Shown here piece after piece: positions 56,416 through 64,000 of a stretch of 64,000 nt of DNA. Position numbers and translations under genes: made by a program. The stretch's first letter is position 1; the number at the start of each line of letters is the position of its first letter. Source of the stretch: Candidatus Kapaibacteriales bacterium (GTDB taxonomy: Bacteria > Bacteroidota > Ignavibacteria > Kapaibacteriales > UBA2268); the NCBI GenBank assembly GCA_965661945.1, contig CBFIFP010000001.1:853592-917591 (forward strand), given 5' to 3'. The notes beneath the pieces are model-generated. The model worked only from the letters and a program-made list of their open reading frames with translations. It did no database searches and was not told the DNA's origin.

Positions 56416-56921
56416 ATATGAAAAGAGATTTATTAATTTACTTTATGACTTTTTTAGCTTTATTTTTAATTTTGTTTTATATCAAGTTTGATTATGAAGC
56501 TAATTATAAGTTTAAACTTAGTAATTTTTTTACAGAGAATAATGATAATGGGCTTATGTCTTTTATTTTTATTGAAACTCAAGTTAAAACTACTAATGAA
56601 TTAAAAGATTATTCTAATCTTGTGTTTAAAGAACATATTTCCTTAGCTACTAACTCTGATTCAACTAAAATAGTTGTTATTTATTTTTTTGATAAATCAG
56701 ATTCTGCTAAAATTCCAGATGATTATCTAAGTCGATTAAAGATGAAGTATCCTAAGGTTAATAATCTTAGTAATAAAATTAATTATTATCCGAATGGCTT
56801 TGTTTATACTTCCTATAGTTCTAGACATAAAGTAAAAAACATTGCCAAGGACTCCTTATTTAAAACAGCTGTTTTTGCTCCAAAAACAGGTGTTAATGCT
56901 AAAGATATTTTAAAAAATTAG
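56412..56921 (+). CDS. Hypothetical secreted/membrane-anchored protein (169 aa)
   Basis: N-terminal hydrophobic helix LLIYFMTFLALFLILFYI. No recognisable domain. Confidence 0.35.
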   Translation: MNMKRDLLIYFMTFLALFLILFYIKFDYEANYKFKLSNFFTENNDNGLMSFIFIETQVKTTNELKDYSNLVFKEHISLATNSDSTKIVVIYFFDKSDSAKIPDDYLSRLKMKYPKVNNLSNKINYYPNGFVYTSYSSRHKVKNIAKDSLFKTAVFAPKTGVNAKDILKN

Positions 56922-57177
56922 TTCTTATTTTGATTTATTTTGTTTGATTTATTATGTTTAAGAACTTATTCTTATGCAAATAGATATGAAATGTGAATAA
57001 TATTAGGTAAACTAAATATTTTTAATATTAATTTTTGCAAAACATTTATTTTTGCAATCTAAAGAAAAATATTAAAAATTTTTACCTATAAAGTTTATAT
57101 ATTTTAATAATTTTTAAAATATTGTGATTTTATTTTATAATTATTTTAAAATTTAGATTGATCTTTTTTAATTAATA

Positions 57178-57918
57178 TTACAGTTTTAATTTTTTAAATA
57201 TGGATTCTGGTATCCATTTTATTATTGTCATTATGATTTTCCAATATCTTGGTGTGTATATTATGTCTTTCTTTTTCCTAATTGCGTTGAATATGTCTTT
57301 TCCAACTTTTTCAGGTTTTGCAAAAAGTGGGGAATCTGGCATTCCTAAAGTCATCGGGGTTTTTACCATTCCAGGTTTGATTGTTACTACAGTTACTCCA
57401 AATTCGAACATTCTGTTTCTTAATCCTTGTAAGTAAGCTGATACACCAGCTTTAGCAGAACCATATATGTAATTACTTTGCCTTCCTCTTTCACCTGCAA
57501 CTGAACTTATTACTGCAATAGTACCATTTTTTTGTTTTTCGAAGTAGTTAGAGCAAATTGTACAAAGGGAAATTACACTCAGGCAGTTAATATTGAATTC
57601 TTTTAGTGTTTCTTCTTGGCTTCTCCTTGTTTTTTCGTTGTCTGGTAATGTTCCATGAGCAACGAAAAATGTATCTAAACCGCCTAACTTTTGGATAGCA
57701 TTATTAAACATTTCTTGATGCTTTTCATATTCTAAGGCATTTAAAACATAGGTAAAATATTCAACTTCTGGATTCCAAGTTTTTAAATCTTTATGAACTA
57801 TTTCTAATTTTTCTTTGTTAGATGCAACAAGCATAACTTTGGTTTCAACCCCTTTGATATGTCTTACTGTTTCTTCTGCTAATTTTGAAGTTGCTCCGAA
57901 AACTAATATTTTATTCAT
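57178..57918 (-). CDS. SDR-family NAD(P)-dependent oxidoreductase
   Basis: N-terminal ILVFGATSKLAEE Rossmann motif and the catalytic YGSAKAG (YxxxK) motif. Confidence 0.75.
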   Translation of the reverse strand: MNKILVFGATSKLAEETVRHIKGVETKVMLVASNKEKLEIVHKDLKTWNPEVEYFTYVLNALEYEKHQEMFNNAIQKLGGLDTFFVAHGTLPDNEKTRRSQEETLKEFNINCLSVISLCTICSNYFEKQKNGTIAVISSVAGERGRQSNYIYGSAKAGVSAYLQGLRNRMFEFGVTVVTIKPGMVKTPMTLGMPDSPLFAKPEKVGKDIFNAIRKKKDIIYTPRYWKIIMTIIKWIPESIFKKLKL

Positions 57919-57960
57919 GTTTTTAACTTTTTAATTTTAATATTTTTTAGTTTAAATATA

Positions 57961-59568
57961 TTACATTCTGAAAATACCAAATTTAGCATCTTCTATTGGT
58001 GCATTTAATGATGCTGATATTCCTAATCCAAGTACTTTTCGCATATCAAGTGGGTCGATTACTCCATCGTCCCAAAGTCTAGCACTACTATAATAAGGTG
58101 TTGCTTGATATTCATAAAGATCTAAAATTGGTTGTCTTATTTTATCTATATCTTCATTTGATAATTTTTTACCTTTAGCCTCAAGTTGTTTGACTTTTAC
58201 TTGTGCAAGTACGTTTGCTGCTTGCTCTCCTCCCATAACTGAGATTTTACCAGTTGGTAGCATCCACAAGAAATTGGGGTCATATCCTCTGCCACACATT
58301 GCATAATTTCCAGCACCGTAAGAGCCACCAACCATAATTGTAAATTTTGGAACAGGTGCGTTTGCTACAGCGTGAACAAGTTTTGCTCCGTCACGTGCTA
58401 TTCCACTATGTTCGTATTTTTTTCCTACCATAAATCCAGTGATATTTTGTAAAAATATTAATGGTATTTTACGCATGCTGCATAGTTCGATAAAGTGGGC
58501 ACCTTTTTGGCTTGATTCTCCAAAGATTACCCCATTATTAGCAATAATTCCAACAGGATAACCCATAATACTTGCAAAACAAGTTACTATAGATTTACCA
58601 TAATTCTCTTTAAATTCTTGAATTTTTGATCCATCAACAATTCTTGCTATAATTTCTCTCATATCAAATGGTGTTCTGATATTTTTGGTAATTATTCCAT
58701 AAATTTCGTTTTGAGAATAAAATGGTTCTTCATAAGATTTTCTACCAATATCTGTTTTTGGTCTGATTCCAAAATTCTCAACAATATTTCTTGCAATAGA
58801 TAAAGCGTGTTCATCACTTTCTGCAAGGTGGTCAGCAACTCCTGATATTTTAGTATGGACATCTGCCCCACCAAGTTCTTCATCTGTTACGATTTCACCA
58901 GTAGCTGCTTTTACAAGTGGTGGACCTCCTATAAAAATTGTTGCTTGATTTCTTACCATTATTACTTCATCACTCATTGCAGGAACGTAAGCTCCTCCAG
59001 CGGTACAAGACCCCATTACTACAGCAATTTGAGGGATACCCATTGCAGACATTTGGGCTTGATTATAAAATATGTTGCCGAAATGATCTTTGTCTGCGAA
59101 AGTATCTGCTTGGTGTGGAAGAAATATCCCTCCAGAGTCTACAAGATAAATACATGGTAAATGGTTTTTCATTGCAATTAATTGAGCTCTTACGTGCTTT
59201 TTAATTGTCATTGGGAAGTAAGTACCTCCTTTGACGGTTGCATCGTTTGCTACTATAATACATTCCTGACCATGAATAACTCCAATACCTGTAACTACAC
59301 CAGCGCTAGGTGCTTCTGCTTCATACATATCATAAGCGGCAAGAGCAGAGAGTTCTAAAAAAGGAGTATTTTTATCAATTAACATTTTAATTCTATCTCG
59401 AACTAATAGTTTACCTCTTTCTTGATGTCTTTGCCTATGTCTTTCAGGTCCGCCAAGTTTTATTTTTGCAATTTCGGCACTTAGCTTGTCAGTTAATTCT
59501 TTATTAAATTTATAGTTTTCTTTGTAATCTGGTGAATTTGTAGAGATACTTGATTTGAATCTTTTCAT
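57961..59568 (-). CDS. Acyl-CoA carboxylase carboxyltransferase (beta) subunit, methylcrotonoyl-/propionyl-CoA carboxylase beta-like
   Basis: 535 aa with the two crotonase-like CoA-carboxyltransferase halves (…[11 protein letters not shown]...F.EL......VVTG.G.I.G....[12 protein letters not shown]… and …[11 protein letters not shown]…). Confidence 0.75.
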   Translation of the reverse strand: MKRFKSSISTNSPDYKENYKFNKELTDKLSAEIAKIKLGGPERHRQRHQERGKLLVRDRIKMLIDKNTPFLELSALAAYDMYEAEAPSAGVVTGIGVIHGQECIIVANDATVKGGTYFPMTIKKHVRAQLIAMKNHLPCIYLVDSGGIFLPHQADTFADKDHFGNIFYNQAQMSAMGIPQIAVVMGSCTAGGAYVPAMSDEVIMVRNQATIFIGGPPLVKAATGEIVTDEELGGADVHTKISGVADHLAESDEHALSIARNIVENFGIRPKTDIGRKSYEEPFYSQNEIYGIITKNIRTPFDMREIIARIVDGSKIQEFKENYGKSIVTCFASIMGYPVGIIANNGVIFGESSQKGAHFIELCSMRKIPLIFLQNITGFMVGKKYEHSGIARDGAKLVHAVANAPVPKFTIMVGGSYGAGNYAMCGRGYDPNFLWMLPTGKISVMGGEQAANVLAQVKVKQLEAKGKKLSNEDIDKIRQPILDLYEYQATPYYSSARLWDDGVIDPLDMRKVLGLGISASLNAPIEDAKFGIFRM

Positions 59569-59783
59569 TTTTTAGAAAAATTATTATTTGATAATGGTAA
59601 AATTAAGGAAAATTGAGTTTAATAACAAATTTAATGATTTTGAGGATTTAAGATTATTTAATTTTGAGATATTTTTAAATTGAGTAATCTTTTTTAAAAC
59701 ATTATTTTTGTTATTTAAAACACACAAATTGACAGAAAACAAGTTTAAGTTAAATAAGACTATTTTAATCTTAATTTTGAACT

Positions 59784-61952
59784 ATGAAATTTACAATTTT
59801 GATTTTTATTTGTCACTATCTGGGTTTTGGGTATCAAAAAGATACAACCACATACAACGTACCAGAGGTAAATATAGAATCTAATAATTTTAATTCAATT
59901 GGTGTTGGACATTTATTACCTGTTGAAAAATCTGCTATTTATGCTGGAAGAAAAACTGAATTAATAAATTTAAAAGATGTTATTGGTAATCTTGCAACAA
60001 ATAATGCTCGTCAAATTTTTTCTAAAATATCTGGTTTAAATATATGGGAAGGTGATGCCGGCGGGCTTCAGCTTTCTATTGGTGGAAGAGGTTTATCTCC
60101 CAATAGAGTTTCTAATTTTAATACAAGACAAAATGGTTATGATATAGCAGCCGACGCTCTTGGTTATCCCGAGAGTTATTATACTCCGCCAATGGAGTCG
60201 ATTAAAAGAGTTGAAATTGTAAGGGGCGCTGCTTCTTTACAATATGGAACTCAGTTTGGTGGTTTTATAAATTTTAAAATGCACGAACCAAATATGAATG
60301 ATGAAACTGAAATTATCTCAAGACAAACTGGTGGTTCATTTGGTTTATTTAATAGTTTTAACTCAGTTAATACTAATATTAATGATGTTGGTATTTATAG
60401 TTATTTACAATTTAAAAGTGGGCAGGGCTGGAGAGATTTCTCAAACTTCAATCAATATGGCGGTCATATCAATACTAAATATAAGGTAAATGACAAGTTA
60501 GAAGTTGGATTAGAGATAACTAAAATGTATTATCTGGCAAGACAACCCGGTGGACTAACTGACCAAGAATTTCAATTTAATCCGATGCTTGCTAAACGAA
60601 CTCGAAATTGGTTTGAGGTTGATTGGAATATCTTAGCAAATACTATTGATTATGAGATTAATGCCACCACCAAGTTAAATATTAGAAATTTTGGATTGAT
60701 TGGTAAAAGAAATTCATTAGGAATATTAGAAAGACCTGATAGGGTTGATTTAGGCGGAGAAAGAGATTTGATTCTTGGAAATTATTTTAATTTTGGGAAT
60801 GAATCTAGGTTGATGAAGAACTATCAGATTGGCCAGATGCCTCAAACTTTTTTAACTGGTTTTAGGTTATATCAGGGAAGAACTGAGCAGATGCAAGGTT
60901 TTGGAAACGATGGAAGTGATGCTGACTTTAGAATGACTTCAACAAATTCAAGTTACTTGTATCCTGGAACAAATATTTCGGTTTTTGCGGAGAATCTATT
61001 TAATATTACAAAAAATTTAAGCATTACCCCTGGTATTAGGTTTGAACATATTAATACTCAAGCAGAGGGAAATTATAATAATAGGATTAGAGATTTAGCT
61101 GGTAATATTATTTTTGAAGAAGATATCTTTGAAAAAAGAGATAATAAAAGAAGTTTTTTTTTAATGGGTGTTGGAGCAGCATATTTTTTTAATAAGTCAA
61201 TTGAGTTTTATTCAAATTTTTCACAAAATTACAGAGCTATTAATTTTTCGGATATGAGGATTGTTAATCCAAATTTCAGGATTGACCCCAATTTGAGAGA
61301 TGATAATGGCTGGACTTATGATTTTGGTGTAAGAGGAAATATTGATAATTATGTTGATTATGATTTTACTTTTTTTGTTTTAACTTATAATGAAAGAATT
61401 GGTGAGATTATAAGCGTTGACTCTAATCTTTTTATTCCATTTAGATTAAGAACTAATGTTTCAGATGCGCGAACTCTTGGCCTTGAGTCTATGGTGGAGT
61501 TTAATGTTTTTAAAATACTTGGCTTGAATTATTCTTCATTTTTAAGTTATTTTATGAATTTATCTTTGATTGATGCAAAGTATGTAAACTCAAAAGACAA
61601 AACAATAGAAGGAAATAATGTAGAGTTATCTCCGAATATAATTGTGAAAACAGGGCTAAACTATAAATATAAAAGTTTGATTGGGAATTTTCAAGTATCT
61701 TATATGAGCGAGCAATTTACGGAGGCATCTAATACCAGATATTCAAATAATGCAATATATGGGGTGATAAATTCGTTTATAGTAGTAGATTTTGGGTTAA
61801 AATATAATTTTAAAAACTACGGCATTGAAGCTGGAGTGAATAATATGCTTAACCAAATGTATTTTACTCGTAGAGCTGCAGGTTACCCTGGTCCCGGTAT
61901 AATTCCATCTGATGGAGTTAATTTTTATCTAAACTTCAACTTAGGTTTATAA
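59784..61952 (+). CDS. TonB-dependent receptor (722 aa)
   Basis: Plug-domain region (…IKRVEIVRGAASLQYGTQFGGFINFK…), a long beta-barrel, and C-terminal ...VNFYLNFNLGL with the terminal aromatic/aliphatic pattern. Confidence 0.65.
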   Translation: MKFTILIFICHYLGFGYQKDTTTYNVPEVNIESNNFNSIGVGHLLPVEKSAIYAGRKTELINLKDVIGNLATNNARQIFSKISGLNIWEGDAGGLQLSIGGRGLSPNRVSNFNTRQNGYDIAADALGYPESYYTPPMESIKRVEIVRGAASLQYGTQFGGFINFKMHEPNMNDETEIISRQTGGSFGLFNSFNSVNTNINDVGIYSYLQFKSGQGWRDFSNFNQYGGHINTKYKVNDKLEVGLEITKMYYLARQPGGLTDQEFQFNPMLAKRTRNWFEVDWNILANTIDYEINATTKLNIRNFGLIGKRNSLGILERPDRVDLGGERDLILGNYFNFGNESRLMKNYQIGQMPQTFLTGFRLYQGRTEQMQGFGNDGSDADFRMTSTNSSYLYPGTNISVFAENLFNITKNLSITPGIRFEHINTQAEGNYNNRIRDLAGNIIFEEDIFEKRDNKRSFFLMGVGAAYFFNKSIEFYSNFSQNYRAINFSDMRIVNPNFRIDPNLRDDNGWTYDFGVRGNIDNYVDYDFTFFVLTYNERIGEIISVDSNLFIPFRLRTNVSDARTLGLESMVEFNVFKILGLNYSSFLSYFMNLSLIDAKYVNSKDKTIEGNNVELSPNIIVKTGLNYKYKSLIGNFQVSYMSEQFTEASNTRYSNNAIYGVINSFIVVDFGLKYNFKNYGIEAGVNNMLNQMYFTRRAAGYPGPGIIPSDGVNFYLNFNLGL

Positions 61953-62043
61953 AATATTTTTTAGAAAAGTTTTAGGATAAAAAAGTATTATTTGTTAATT
62001 TTGCAAAATATTTTTCATAATTATAAAAATATAAAGGTTTTAA

Positions 62044-63303
62044 ATGAAATTAGTTTCACTTTTCATATTATTTGTTAGCTTACTAACTGCCGAAGAAATA
62101 AGAGTTACCACAGAGGGTGGTTCAAAAAATGTCTATTTTAGTTTAAAAAATAGCGAAGTAGCAAGAGTTGAGTCTGACGGATGGCAATTATCATTCAAGA
62201 CAGGAAATATAGCAGGAACTATCAGGGCAAACAAAAACACTAGAGTTTATGCTGCTTTAAGTTTAGGAATAGATGACTTCAAATCACCAATAGAGGTGTC
62301 TGATTTATCTAACAAAGAATTATTTGAAGAACTACATAATGATGTATCAAGTTGGAAGATGGGAGCTTTTAATACTGGTGGAGCTCCAGAAGAAGATTTT
62401 AACTACGGATGGGGAGAATATGTTCAAGGGGACGGAATTTACGGGACTAAGTTATTTGTTTTGGAAATAACAAATAATGGAAGAAAAGAATATAAACAAT
62501 TTATAATAAATTCTGTTTACAATAATTCTTACTTTTTAGAAGCATGTGATTTAGATGGAGAAAATCCGATTGAAAAAGTAATAAACAAAGGTAATTACAT
62601 CGGTAAAAACTTTGTTATGTACGATGTTTTTGAAAATGAAATTATTGACCAAGAGCCAAATAAAACTGATTGGGATTTATTGTTTACTGAATATGTTACA
62701 CCTATTCAGGCGGGTCCACAGTTAATGTATTATACTGTTGCAGGTATTCAGCAAAATGAAATGACTTGGGTGTCTAAAGTGGCTGGTATTAATTCTGATG
62801 AGCCAACTTCTGACTCTTACAGTTCAATAATAAATACTATTGGATATGATTGGAAAACTTTCTCTAATGGTTATATTATTGAGGATTATGCTTATTTTGT
62901 TCAGAGGTTTACTTATGGACAAGATTTAACTCCAATTCCATCTGGTGAAGTATATAAAATAGTTTTCACTAATTATGAAGGTGGAGCGGATAAAGCTTCT
63001 TCTTTTGAAATTAATCCAATTACTGCTTCTGTAGATAAAGATGGAAATACCAGATTTGCTATTTATCCCAATGTTATCTCAAACGGTGAAGAATTTAATA
63101 TTATTTGGAATGATAATCAAAGAACAATAGCTAATCAAGTGAAAGTTATTAATTCTGTTGGTGAGGTGGTTTATTCTAAAAATATAAATTCTGTGAATGA
63201 ACTTACAAACATGAAAATTAATACAAATTTAAGCACTGGTTTATATTTTGTAGTGTTTTCAAATGGAAGCGAAGTGTTTACCCAAAAACTAATGGTTAAG
63301 TAA
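62044..63303 (+). CDS. T9SS C-terminal-domain secreted protein (419 aa), possibly a surface ligand-binding partner of the flanking TonB receptors
   Basis: Signal peptide MKLVSLFILFVSLLTAEE. C-terminus ...LSTGLYFVVFSNGSEVFTQKLMVK (T9SS CTD). Confidence 0.55.
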   Translation: MKLVSLFILFVSLLTAEEIRVTTEGGSKNVYFSLKNSEVARVESDGWQLSFKTGNIAGTIRANKNTRVYAALSLGIDDFKSPIEVSDLSNKELFEELHNDVSSWKMGAFNTGGAPEEDFNYGWGEYVQGDGIYGTKLFVLEITNNGRKEYKQFIINSVYNNSYFLEACDLDGENPIEKVINKGNYIGKNFVMYDVFENEIIDQEPNKTDWDLLFTEYVTPIQAGPQLMYYTVAGIQQNEMTWVSKVAGINSDEPTSDSYSSIINTIGYDWKTFSNGYIIEDYAYFVQRFTYGQDLTPIPSGEVYKIVFTNYEGGADKASSFEINPITASVDKDGNTRFAIYPNVISNGEEFNIIWNDNQRTIANQVKVINSVGEVVYSKNINSVNELTNMKINTNLSTGLYFVVFSNGSEVFTQKLMVK

Positions 63304-63307
63304 ATTA

Positions 63308-64000
63308 ATGATTCTTTTCCTTTTGTTTTCTTTGTTTTCTAGTGTTGAATCAAAAGAATTTAAGGTAATTAATGCAGAAACCGGACTAACAGTAAGTTCG
63401 GTTTCTGCATATTTTTTTCCGGTAGATACTACTCAAAATCCAAAAAGAGTGTTTACAAATGAAAAGGGAATAGCTAATGTTACTAAAATTAAATTTAATA
63501 GGGTTACTTTTCGTCATATTTCATTTGAAGAACTTACTCTTGATATATCAAGCGAAGATGTTTTCCCAGATGTTATAAAACTCACACCTACTACTTTTTA
63601 CATAGAAGAAGTGGTTACAACTGGACAGATTCGTCCGACTACAATCCAAAAATCTGTTTTCGATATTAAAGTAATAGATAAAGAAAGTATAAACGCTCGG
63701 GCTGCTCCTACTCTCAGAGAAGTTTTGATGAATGAAAATAATGTAAGAGTAAGCAAAGATGGAGTATTGGGCTCCTCTATGAGTATTAATGGGATAGATG
63801 GTCAGAATGTGAAGATAATGATAGACGGTGTTCCTATGATTGGAAGAGAAAATGGGAATATTAATCTAGACCAAATTAATGTAAAAAATGCTGAGAGAAT
63901 TGAAATTATTCAGGGTCCAATGTCGGCGATTTATGGCTCTGACGCACTCGGTGGTGTTATTAATATTATTACAAAAGACCCAGATAAAAAACTTTTGTTG
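63308..64000 (+). CDS. TonB-dependent receptor (N-terminal carboxypeptidase-regulatory-like and plug domains; continues beyond the window)
   Basis: ...TTGQIRPTTIQKSVFDIKVIDKESINARAAPTLREVLMNENNVRVSKDG... IMIDGVPMIGRENGNINLDQINVKNAERIEIIQGPMSAIYGSDALGGVINIITK is a canonical TBDR plug. Confidence 0.75.
   Translation, partial: MILFLLFSLFSSVESKEFKVINAETGLTVSSVSAYFFPVDTTQNPKRVFTNEKGIANVTKIKFNRVTFRHISFEELTLDISSEDVFPDVIKLTPTTFYIEEVVTTGQIRPTTIQKSVFDIKVIDKESINARAAPTLREVLMNENNVRVSKDGVLGSSMSINGIDGQNVKIMIDGVPMIGRENGNINLDQINVKNAERIEIIQGPMSAIYGSDALGGVINIITKDPDKKLLL

Overview
This is a low-GC (~30%) window that looks like a Bacteroidota/Ignavibacteria-type (FCB group) chromosome, judged from T9SS C-terminal sorting domains, the lipoprotein export-signal style, a Bacteroidetes-type -7 promoter motif and a sigma-54 activator. 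Positions 1-22.5 kb (minus strand) carry a MacAB-like efflux pair followed by three tandem giant secreted proteins. Two of them (2140 aa and 1976 aa) are paralogs with LamG-like and dockerin-like modules and a T9SS CTD. The middle one (2544 aa) is a beta-helix adhesin-like protein that ends in a PPC domain. Positions 22.5-33.1 kb form an accessory island: five cassettes, each pairing a surface-lipoprotein gene with a small membrane-protein gene, interleaved with type II toxin-antitoxin modules. The lipoprotein has a Bacteroidetes LES-like signal peptide (...FSCKEEPPV) and a Gly/Ala-rich, glycine-zipper, microcin-like C-terminus ending in PWWLDW. The TA modules are VapBC/PIN, a HicB-like antitoxin, and two near-identical RelE/ParE pairs. 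Each cassette is preceded by a variable-copy 15-bp tandem repeat array and a conserved promoter-region box. Every lipoprotein copy carries a different lesion (truncation, frameshift, in-frame TAA, ATG->ATC start). The island is bracketed by ~191-bp direct repeats that duplicate the promoter and 5' end of the upstream giant gene. Positions 33-64 kb are mostly housekeeping or transport genes: a PD40 protein, a DASS transporter, an OmpA-family gene with three in-frame stop codons, an NFACT/RqcH-like protein, a nucleotidyltransferase, mce, gltX, a sigma-54 response regulator, gcvPA, an FtsB-like protein, a DAACS transporter, a TPR histidine kinase, an SDR, an acyl-CoA carboxyltransferase and TonB-dependent receptors. 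A cobalamin riboswitch with a terminator expression platform lies upstream of an operon that contains a T9SS-CTD surface protein and a BtuB-like TonB receptor.
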